This document shows, one piece after another, positions 1 through 7,887 of a DNA stretch of 64,000 nt. The DNA lies in assembly GCA_037308085.1 (NCBI GenBank), contig CP147779.1:1376001-1440000 (forward strand), in the 5' to 3' direction. Below the pieces are notes generated by a model that searched no databases, had not been told where the DNA came from, and was given only the letters and a program-made list of their open reading frames with translations. The stretch's first letter is position 1, and each line of letters begins with the position of its first letter. This DNA is from Promethearchaeati archaeon SRVP18_Atabeyarchaeia-1. GTDB lineage: Archaea; Asgardarchaeota; Atabeyarchaeia; Atabeyarchaeales; Atabeyarchaeaceae. The position numbers and the translations under genes were made by a program.

Positions 1-2
1 TT

Positions 3-146
3 CTACTTCTTGGTTGGATGCACTTTCTTAGTATGAGCATCCAGGTCCTTCTTGTTCTTTAGAGTCATGCCACAGGTCTGGCATTTGAACTCCTTGGGTT
101 TCGATCTACTTGGGCATAGGTAGGTATGCGTCAGCGTATCTGTCAT
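3..146 (-). CDS. C2H2 zinc-finger microprotein (47 aa), not in the ORF track; its 5' end lies inside the tnpB/omegaRNA end
   Basis: Manual translation gives MTDTLTHTYLCPSRSKPKEFKCQTCGMTLKNKKDLDAHTKKVHPTKK*, with a classic F-x-C-x2-C-x12-H-x4-H motif. The start is uncertain because the ATG at 146 is inside the IS. Confidence 0.6.
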   Translation of the reverse strand: MTDTLTHTYLCPSRSKPKEFKCQTCGMTLKNKKDLDAHTKKVHPTKK

Positions 147-233
147 ACTCCATGTAGATCTGGGGCTTCACCGCTTCATGCAGGTGCCTCACGAGTTCAT
201 CGGCCCCCTTCCGCTCCGCCCCCGTCTCGGCGT
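78..233 (-). ncRNA. Putative TnpB omegaRNA/reRNA: scaffold about 233->98 ending GAAAC, guide about 97->78
   Basis: Overlaps the tnpB 3' end, as is typical for TnpB guide RNAs. Boundaries come from homology with the second copy at 61529-61664. Terminal stem GATCTAC(160-154)/GTAGATC(109-103). Confidence 0.65.
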
Positions 234-1419
234 ACCCACCCACAGCGACAAGAGAGGGTAAGACTCTTCGATCCCACCACGCCTTACTGTGGGGAACGCC
301 GACCATCCTCAGGTACAAGTTGACTGCGGCGTTAAGCTGCCTGTCTACTCGCAGACCACAGTTACCGCACTCGAAGACGGTGCTTCCTCTTCTTCTTGGG
401 TCTTTGTTAGTCCACCCGCATCTGGAGCACATCCTCGAGGAGTACTGCGGGGGGAGCTCGACGCCACCTGCAAGCCTTTTTACTCCGCGCCAGTCGGTCC
501 TCGCGATCCTCCTATTCCATAGGCGTGAGCCACCGTAAAGCCTCTCCTTGGCTAGCGCCTCAAACCCGTTGAGAGCTGCGACGCTCCGCACCACGCGCGC
601 TATCTCCACCTGGTGCTTCTTCGCTCTGTTCCTCTCTCGCCTACGATACTTTCCAAGGACCCGTCTCACCTTCTTCGACTTGGAGGCTTTCCTCTGGACG
701 TTGCGCCTCTTCTCGAACGATGAGATGTGTATGGATGCGAGGCTCCTCGTGTCTATCTTGACCCATCCAGTCTGAGGCGAGTACCCATCCATGCTCAGCA
801 TGTTCGAGTCCCACGCCATCTTCCTCGCGACAGGTCGGGGTTCCTCGCCATCATCGCTGCTGTGGATCGGTAAGTACACTCTGGTTGGTGTTATTATTGG
901 TTCTCCGATCCCGGTGGAGGACACCGAGTCTGGCAGCTTGAAGTATCGTCTGGAGAGGTCTATGTGCGCGGATCTGTGGGGCGAGAGGGTTATCCTCAGC
1001 GTGTCGCCTTCCAGTTTGAGGAGGGTCTGCTTGACCCGCGCGAAGGGCCTCTTCGCCTCTGGGCACCTCATCTTCCTTCTGCCCTTCAAGTAGTTCTTCC
1101 TCCACGAGCCCATTATGCCGTACGCGGTTTTGATTGCTGAGTCTACCCAGTGGGCGGCATAGCTCCACCTCTCCAGGTACTTGTCTCTGAGCTCTCTCCT
1201 TGAGGCTCCTCCGCTTCTCGCATGCGTCGGGATGAGTCTAACCTGCTTCTTGCCTTTGATTTTCTGGTGCTTCCACTTCATTGTGCGCCAGGTGTCCTGT
1301 AGGATCTGGTTGAGTTTCGCCCTGTAGTGCCAGAGCAGCTCTCTGAGCTGGTCTGCCTCGCTCTGCGTTCGGGTCTTAAGGTTCAGCGAATAGGTTTTGA
1401 GCGTCATCTGAATAGCCAC
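106..1419 (-). CDS. tnpB: RNA-guided endonuclease TnpB family protein
   Basis: RuvC-I AWDSN, RuvC-II GFEAL, Zn ribbon CSRCG...CGNCG, RuvC-III region VDRQLNAAVNL; very basic; 437 aa. Confidence 0.9.
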   Translation of the reverse strand: MAIQMTLKTYSLNLKTRTQSEADQLRELLWHYRAKLNQILQDTWRTMKWKHQKIKGKKQVRLIPTHARSGGASRRELRDKYLERWSYAAHWVDSAIKTAYGIMGSWRKNYLKGRRKMRCPEAKRPFARVKQTLLKLEGDTLRITLSPHRSAHIDLSRRYFKLPDSVSSTGIGEPIITPTRVYLPIHSSDDGEEPRPVARKMAWDSNMLSMDGYSPQTGWVKIDTRSLASIHISSFEKRRNVQRKASKSKKVRRVLGKYRRRERNRAKKHQVEIARVVRSVAALNGFEALAKERLYGGSRLWNRRIARTDWRGVKRLAGGVELPPQYSSRMCSRCGWTNKDPRRRGSTVFECGNCGLRVDRQLNAAVNLYLRMVGVPHSKAWWDRRVLPSLVAVGGYAETGAERKGADELVRHLHEAVKPQIYMEYDRYADAYLPMPK

Positions 1420-1476
1420 CGCTTCTAGCCTTCCTCACATCTGAGTCCACGGCTGCTACCGCGGCTTCAGGGACAT
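1376..1476 (-). pseudogene. Possible internally deleted IS607-type tnpA remnant
   Basis: ATG at 1476 gives MSLKPR*, resembling an IS607 TnpA N-terminus. It adjoins a short frame AVAAVDSDVRKARSGG...EP* that overlaps the tnpB start. Confidence 0.3.
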
Positions 1477-1641
1477 ATAACCAACTGCATCGCTTATAAG
1501 CGACCGTTTATCTGCATAAGCCGACCTAATGTAAGTCTATCTTTACATTGCAATGCAATAGTTATGCCTATCCTCTAAAAACACTATCAGACGTCAGAAG
1601 GTACTAAGAACTGCTTATTTTTCAGTAGGCGCCCTTATTTC

Positions 1642-2274
1642 CTATACCCTTCTCTTGTCAAGAAGCGCTTGTTTCAGAACACTCTTGATGTTTCTCAGCG
1701 CCCGATCTCCGATCGGATTACGCAAGTCTTCATCTAACCGATAAACGCATAGTGGGTTGTATGCAAGGTGCTCGGCTTCTGTCATCCACTTGTAATCAGC
1801 GCCCAATTCGCCTCTCAATCGAGAGACAATGAACTCCTGTAATTCTTGATCGTTTCTCCAAGCCCCTTCATCTTTCTCTAACTTAAGAAGTACTTCCGTC
1901 GCAATCTTAGTGCCTGTGGACTCGTATTCAAGAATCTTCTGTAACGACGCTCCACGGTAGTACTCTTCCCTGCTCCTTCTGTCTTGTTCTGTCAACAGTG
2001 CGTAGTCAATAGTGTCTCGCGTGATGTGATACTCATTGCAGATGATGTCCAAATATTGTGTTACCTGCAAAGGTATCTGCCCGATGGTCTCGTCTGAGAG
2101 ATGCAATTCCTCTTTGACAGGTTCTTTAACGATCGGTATATCGAGGCTGACATAGAGCTTCTGTGGATATTTGGATAGATGATAAGTCAGGACGCTTCTT
2201 TTGACAATACCCAAGGCTTCCCATTCTATTATTTTGTGTCGGAACCTAAGATGACACGTTATCTGAGTCTGCAT
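1642..2274 (-). CDS. Hypothetical protein downstream of the R-M pair
   Basis: 210 aa ORF co-oriented with the R-M genes; no motif recognised. Confidence 0.65.
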   Translation of the reverse strand: MQTQITCHLRFRHKIIEWEALGIVKRSVLTYHLSKYPQKLYVSLDIPIVKEPVKEELHLSDETIGQIPLQVTQYLDIICNEYHITRDTIDYALLTEQDRRSREEYYRGASLQKILEYESTGTKIATEVLLKLEKDEGAWRNDQELQEFIVSRLRGELGADYKWMTEAEHLAYNPLCVYRLDEDLRNPIGDRALRNIKSVLKQALLDKRRV

Positions 2275-2340
2275 ATCACAAGTAAGCTCAAAAAGGATGT
2301 AAATGACGTCTCACCTCTCGCTTCGCTGATCCACCTTGGA

Positions 2341-3024
2341 CTATCGCATTTCATTCAGAAGATTCTTCAAATCATCTATGAAATGCTCGAACAATTTGAC
2401 TTTCTTGCTTTCTTCAATACTTTCTTCCGTCAACACGTAGCTTCCATCTAAGTCTGTTTCCACAATAGCTCTTCCTTTCTTTACAGGTTGCCTCTTGGTC
2501 AACGTGCCGTCTTCATCTGGAGTGATGAAGTACACCTTTATGTCCCTCGTGTTTTCATCCTGTAGCAACTTCAGTTTCCAATAACCTGTCTGTGCGATCC
2601 TCTCCCTTAGAGTTACCTTGCTCGAAATAGCAGTTAAGACCTTGCTGGTTTTTGGGTCATAGATTACGATATCAACATCAGGCAAGTGCATACCAAATTC
2701 ACCGTAGTTAATAGCCAAGTTTCTTTTGACTCGGCTAAGCTCTCCCGATAGTGTGGTGCTGTCCAACTTGTTACCATTAACAACTCTTAGTCCAAGCGTT
2801 CTTACTTCTTCTTCAATAATATATTGTACAAGTCTCTCCATGTTTTTGCCCTTGAAAGCTCGCCAACTTTGCTCGTGATCACCAAGCTTAGTAGGATTTC
2901 TCAGCCAATCTCTGTGGTGGAGTTCCTTTGCCTCGATTAATAGCTCCGAAATATGTTTGTACGTATTGACCCCAAACTGCTCACGTTTCTTTAGGTAGAG
3001 ATTCTTCAGGTCATCAAAATCCAT
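2341..3024 (-). CDS. Type II restriction endonuclease, BsaWI-like (CCGG family)
   Basis: EQSWRAFKGK, LPDVDIVI...SSKVTLRERIAQ, i.e. the PD...K-x3-R-E-R signature of CCGG-family REases; 6 bp downstream of the MTase. Confidence 0.85.
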   Translation of the reverse strand: MDFDDLKNLYLKKREQFGVNTYKHISELLIEAKELHHRDWLRNPTKLGDHEQSWRAFKGKNMERLVQYIIEEEVRTLGLRVVNGNKLDSTTLSGELSRVKRNLAINYGEFGMHLPDVDIVIYDPKTSKVLTAISSKVTLRERIAQTGYWKLKLLQDENTRDIKVYFITPDEDGTLTKRQPVKKGRAIVETDLDGSYVLTEESIEESKKVKLFEHFIDDLKNLLNEMR

Positions 3025-3030
3025 TACTGA

Positions 3031-4368
3031 TCACTCCTTTAGCCCGATCACAATGTACTCGATTGGATAAGCTTCTGAATTAGCATCCTCATTACGTGCG
3101 AACCTGCCCGTCCTCTCGTCCCTCTTTTGAGGCAGTATCTTTGAAGGTATCTCTCGCTTGATGATCCTATCAATCTTGAACCCAGAATTCTGTAGACTCT
3201 CTGCAAATACTTCCGCATTCAATATATCAACGCCCTTCAATCTCGTATCGCCAATAACATAGCAACATCTTCCACCTGATTTGAGAACCCTATAGCTCTC
3301 ATCAAAGACCTCTTTCATATCAATGAAATATGCTTCCACTTCTTTTCCCATTTTTGAGTCTATCTCGTTTAGCTTCTCAACTATGCCAGCGGCAATTTGG
3401 CTTTCTACCCTTCTGTTGTTGGGCTCTCTACGTGAAGTCCCGATAAACTCCTTCTTGTATCCGTTCAAATCATTGGCCAGATCCAGCCAAATTGTGGACA
3501 ACTGGTGTAAGTCTGCATATTCATAGCTCGTAACATAAGGACTTGAACTCACAATCAGATCTACACTATCTTTGGGCACCGGCTGATGTCTGGCATCTTC
3601 GACCTTAATATTCAAGTATTGATCCAAGTGCTCACGAACTTTTGATGATACAACGTTGTAGAAGGCTTTGTTGCCTGCGACCATTTTTCCCAAGTGCTTC
3701 TTCAGCGCGTCATATGGTCTCGAAGGCTTCTTTGAGGGGTCTCTTGTAGGTTTGACGCTTCCCTGTAACCATATTGAACAATTCTTTAAGACGTGGCTAA
3801 ATGCAACCAACAAGAAGTCCCTAATTCTCTGTTCCTTCTGCTCACAGATTACCCTCAATGTTCTACCCAGTGCAACCTTGTTCTCCTTACTAAACCAGTA
3901 GTCGATTCTGTCCATATGTCTCTCTGGAATCAGTGGTTCGACACTCTTACCGAATAGAGTTGATTGATCACCGACCAGAGACTCTGCGATATTCAGGAAT
4001 TCTCTAACTGCACTGTCAAGGTGATTTGGTTCAATTGGTGTTGACTTCACCTTAGTCACTAAGCAAGCAATCCTATTTATGTCGGTGCCACTTACCCTTA
4101 ATCCTCTCGATATAGCCGTAACAATTGTTGTGCCGCAACCGAAAAAGGGGTCATTGACATGGGCTTCCTCACCAGATACATACTCATCAATCAGTTTCTC
4201 AACAAGCTGTGGAATGAACTTGGCGGGATATCGATGGTAAACATGTGTCCACTTGCCCGTGTCCGATGGTTTACACTCCGAGAAAGACCAATCCTGGTCT
4301 AATCCTTTTGTCTCAAACAGTGACAGGATCTTCCTTGGAGATCTGAGAATTCCTCGCATCGACTTCAC
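3031..4368 (-). CDS. N4-cytosine DNA methyltransferase (type II R-M)
   Basis: HRYPAKFIPQL, SAM motif DPFFGCGT, catalytic SSPY (SPPY variant) after the target-recognition region. Confidence 0.9.
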   Translation of the reverse strand: MKSMRGILRSPRKILSLFETKGLDQDWSFSECKPSDTGKWTHVYHRYPAKFIPQLVEKLIDEYVSGEEAHVNDPFFGCGTTIVTAISRGLRVSGTDINRIACLVTKVKSTPIEPNHLDSAVREFLNIAESLVGDQSTLFGKSVEPLIPERHMDRIDYWFSKENKVALGRTLRVICEQKEQRIRDFLLVAFSHVLKNCSIWLQGSVKPTRDPSKKPSRPYDALKKHLGKMVAGNKAFYNVVSSKVREHLDQYLNIKVEDARHQPVPKDSVDLIVSSSPYVTSYEYADLHQLSTIWLDLANDLNGYKKEFIGTSRREPNNRRVESQIAAGIVEKLNEIDSKMGKEVEAYFIDMKEVFDESYRVLKSGGRCCYVIGDTRLKGVDILNAEVFAESLQNSGFKIDRIIKREIPSKILPQKRDERTGRFARNEDANSEAYPIEYIVIGLKE

Positions 4369-4738
4369 TTTACAGTGTTCTGATATATTAATTGCCCTTT
4401 ACCATGAACGCTCCCACTTAATGGACACGACGGGTTTGCGAGATTTGTATCTCTTGTTTTTTCTGGTTCTGCCGAGGAGCCCGGCTGATGAATCGCCAAT
4501 GCCATTTGATACTGCTAGTGCTGGAGAAGTCCTCTAGTTTCTGCACGATATGAGATTCCTGTTGTCTTCCTTATACTATTGCTGGACGCGGGATCATGGT
4601 CTTAGAAGCAGGAGACTAGAACGGCTAGTCATCCGCGGGCTTCGAGGCGATGTATCAATTCTGCAGGGATCGGTATCTTTCCGGACTCTTATCGCCTCAT
4701 TGAATAGAAAGCGGAAGTTGGAAGAGAGGCTATCGCCA

Positions 4739-5011
4739 TCAGGAATCCGGGAGCTGGACTGTGGTGCTGTGGGTTACATCCTTAATCTGCCCCATTCTTG
4801 GAACCAGTCCAACTTTCTTTCTAATGACATCCCAATCTGGGTTGCCATGATTGAAGAATACTCTGAAATTGTCTTTTAGCCATTCATAGTAGTCATCTTC
4901 GACATATTGACAGAAAGCCTCTGTGATATCATCAATGGATATTTCTTCTGGTATTCGTATTCCATCGAGTTCTTCGTTCAGAAGTTCCTTGATGACTTCT
5001 CTGTCAAGCAT
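4739..5011 (-). CDS. Small acidic hypothetical protein
   Basis: 90 aa ORF; GGAGGTG Shine-Dalgarno-like motif just upstream. Confidence 0.65.
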   Translation of the reverse strand: MLDREVIKELLNEELDGIRIPEEISIDDITEAFCQYVEDDYYEWLKDNFRVFFNHGNPDWDVIRKKVGLVPRMGQIKDVTHSTTVQLPDS

Positions 5012-5383
5012 ATTAACACCTCCAGTTACTCAGAGACCAAGTCTGGAACTGCGTTGCATGCACTCGCTTGGTTCTTTACAATCTTCAATAAAGTCGTATC
5101 CTGTTCATAGAAGCATTGAATATAAGGCTGAATCTACGGTTGACGAACCGATGGTGTGCGTGAAAAGGTGAAGACATGGATCCGAAGACAGCAGACTGAT
5201 GTGTCCATGGTTCTTCTGAGATCAGCTCCCTGCCATTCAGTACTGTCCATGGTATTTAAGGTCCAATCTTGCAGCCTCGTCTAGGCTTTCTGATTCCTGC
5301 TAGTTCAGCCGGCGGCAAGGCTATATTCTGAATGGGGCTAGCTGAAGAGGGGCTTGAGCGAACGCACCTGCATATAAACCGAC

Positions 5384-6283
5384 TTACGCCTCCATAACCT
5401 GTGACCGTTCTCTAAGGTGTTTCAACGCGGTCTCCGCCACTGTTCGTCTTTGAGGATCTATCTTCCATGCTTCGAGCATTACTCGTATTTCCGCGTGCCT
5501 TCGAGCTAGATAAAGCAACGCTGATGCGGTCGCTCGCCACACGTACCGCCTTTTGTCTGCAGCAAGAGTCTCAAGCACCTGCAAACCTTCTCGCCAATTC
5601 TTGTTTCCTCCATAAGATGCGAAAGCCATGGCCACGTTCCAGCGGGTTCCCTCATCCTTCCTAAGAGCCCATCTCCGCAAATGCTTCAAGGCAGATTCCG
5701 GATAGCAGCGAAGCAGGCCGTCGCCTATAGCGTAGGGTCCCAGGTTCTTTCTTACGTAGGGTGTCTTGTCTGGAAGAAGTGGCTCAAGCAAATTGATGAG
5801 TGATGTGACCCATTCTTCTTTTCTGGTATTTCCCGCGATTCGTGCAGCGATGGTAACGCATCTCCTAAGGTTCGCTGAAGTATTTGTGCTCATTTCTTCG
5901 AGAATCGGGAAAACATGTTCGAAATCCATCTTGAGGAGCTCCCCCCAGTTAGAATGAGCGTATTCGCGAACAATCCAATCTTCATCATCAGATAGCGCTA
6001 TTAGTAATTGCAGAGTTCTGTTCGCGTCTTTTCCCCATAGACCAAGAAGGATCATTGGGGCATATCTTCGAGTGAATGGGTTCTTGTGGCTGGAGAGTTT
6101 TTTCGCCCATAACCAGAGCTTGTTCTCGTCATTATCCAAGACTCGTAGCAGTAGCTGTGAAGCACACCATGAAGGCTTTCCCCATTTAAGAGGTGACACC
6201 AACTCATCGAACTTGCTCACGCTATTCTGAGAGACTGCATCCCGAAGATCCCGTTCGATCTCGGGTGAGAGACAGGTTTTCAT
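5384..6283 (-). CDS. HEAT-repeat / DNA alkylation repair (AlkD-like) protein
   Basis: Repeated L-x2-D-x3-(W/Y)VR helical units: DDEDWIVRE, DKTPYVRKN, DKRRYVWRA. Confidence 0.75.
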   Translation of the reverse strand: MKTCLSPEIERDLRDAVSQNSVSKFDELVSPLKWGKPSWCASQLLLRVLDNDENKLWLWAKKLSSHKNPFTRRYAPMILLGLWGKDANRTLQLLIALSDDEDWIVREYAHSNWGELLKMDFEHVFPILEEMSTNTSANLRRCVTIAARIAGNTRKEEWVTSLINLLEPLLPDKTPYVRKNLGPYAIGDGLLRCYPESALKHLRRWALRKDEGTRWNVAMAFASYGGNKNWREGLQVLETLAADKRRYVWRATASALLYLARRHAEIRVMLEAWKIDPQRRTVAETALKHLRERSQVMEA

Positions 6284-6433
6284 AATAGTTCATCTGCAGA
6301 CAACTGCTTTGTAGCTGGAATAGAAAAGGTTTATGAATACTAGCGAAGATTACACACGCGGAACAAGCGCAGAAGAACCACCGAGGACCCAGCTCAACAA
6401 GTTCCGTCGCTCGCAATGGATGAGGGTGATGCA

Positions 6434-7663
6434 ATGAGCCTAAGGAGAATCATGAAGACGTTAGGCGTCATGGGACCAGCAGTCCTTGTCTCGGTGGAGC
6501 TGTTTGATCCTGCCAGCATAGTCACGGCCACTGCAGCTGGGGCGGCATACGGTTTTCAGGTCTTGTGGGCTGCGTTCTATTCTGGTATCCTATTGATAAT
6601 AATCCAGGAGATCAGTGCAAGGGTGGGAGTTGTAACAGGGAAGACTCTTGCGGAAAACATATATCAGAAATATGGAAAGCGATACTCCTTTTCGATTTTT
6701 GTGCCCTCGGTTTTCTTAGAGTTCGCAACTCTGACTGCAGAAGTCATGGGGCTCAGCTTGGCGCTGTCCTTCGTCTTCGGGACACCGTACTCTTTTGGCG
6801 TGCTTGTTTCAATCACGCTAGTGGCTATCCTGACCTATTTCGGTTCGTACAGCGTACTGGAGAAGGTCATAGTATTCTTTGTTACCGTGATCTTCCTAGC
6901 TTACTTGTTTTTCGTCTTTGACTTGAACATTCCCTTGGGGGCTGTCGTCTTCAATTCATTGATCCCTCCGATCAACGCGAACTCTCTATATTTTGCGGAA
7001 GCCATAATGGGAGCCTCGATCATGCCTACCTACGTCATATTGCATAGCGGACTCGTCTATGAGAAAGGATGGATTCACCATCACGAAAAAGGTATTGAGG
7101 ACCTGGTTGCCGAACGTAAAGGTGTGTCTAATGAGAAGATAGATTCTATTGTGAGTCTCCTCATGGGCACGATCCTGAACATTGTCATAATTGCAAGCGC
7201 GGCAGTTCTCATTAGCGGCAAAAATGTGTCAAGTTTCTTGGACATTGCCTATCCATTCTATGACAGACTTGGTAGCTTAGGATTAGCAATCTTCGCCTTG
7301 GCCTTCGGTCTCGCAGGTGTCGCAGCCATTGTAACCGTGGGGTTGGGAAGCGTCTACAGTACTTTCGGTTATCTAGGCTACGAAGAGAAGCTTAAGAAGA
7401 AGAGATTCAAAGGGGTATTCATTCTTTGGCTCCTGATAGCTGGTGCCGGCTCGTTTCTTCCAAACCAGATCCAAGTCATGGTCTTTACGCAGTATCTGAA
7501 CGGAGTCTTGCTACCTTTTATCGTCTTGCCGTTACTCGTCATTGGCAGGAATAAGACGACAATGGGAAAATACAGGTTGGGAAAAGTGACAACAGCAGCA
7601 GCATTGGTGACCATATTCATCACCTCGCTGCTTTTTGTTGCGAGTTTAGCTTCCTTGGTCTAG
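6434..7663 (+). CDS. NRAMP/MntH-family divalent metal transporter
   Basis: GPAVLVSVELFDPAS, AGAAYGFQVLW, QEISARVGVVTGK; about 11 TM segments; SD-like GAGGGTGA before ATG 6434. Confidence 0.85.
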   Translation: MSLRRIMKTLGVMGPAVLVSVELFDPASIVTATAAGAAYGFQVLWAAFYSGILLIIIQEISARVGVVTGKTLAENIYQKYGKRYSFSIFVPSVFLEFATLTAEVMGLSLALSFVFGTPYSFGVLVSITLVAILTYFGSYSVLEKVIVFFVTVIFLAYLFFVFDLNIPLGAVVFNSLIPPINANSLYFAEAIMGASIMPTYVILHSGLVYEKGWIHHHEKGIEDLVAERKGVSNEKIDSIVSLLMGTILNIVIIASAAVLISGKNVSSFLDIAYPFYDRLGSLGLAIFALAFGLAGVAAIVTVGLGSVYSTFGYLGYEEKLKKKRFKGVFILWLLIAGAGSFLPNQIQVMVFTQYLNGVLLPFIVLPLLVIGRNKTTMGKYRLGKVTTAAALVTIFITSLLFVASLASLV

Positions 7664-7887
7664 GGGAGCCTGATTGATCCTTCCAATACGAGTTTTGGCA
7701 AGTCTCTCGAACCCCACGCAATCGACACAGTAGGTTCCAGCCTTCTAGTTCAATAATGCGTAAGTCCATTTCATCGCCGCCCCCATTGGGCGCTCGACAT
7801 GAAATAAAGAGCAACTGACACAACCAGAAAGGCCACATCAAAAATGGAGGTTTGACAGAACTACTGTTCTGTCCAAGACTCTAGAAG

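Larger units (their letters stand above)
97..1560 (-). mobile_element. Non-autonomous tnpB-only IS200/IS605/IS607-superfamily element (left end approximate)
   Basis: tnpB is present with no intact TnpA. Right end inferred from where homology with the 61.5 kb copy stops. Left region has palindromes CGCTTATAAGCG (1491-1502) and CATTGCAATG (1546-1555), plus ATAAG(C)CGACC repeats. Confidence 0.6.

Noticed and set aside
4253-5171. Plus-strand ORFs 4253-4537, 4550-4879, 4907-5110 and 4923-5171
   Set aside because: Antisense to better-supported genes, with no recognisable motifs.
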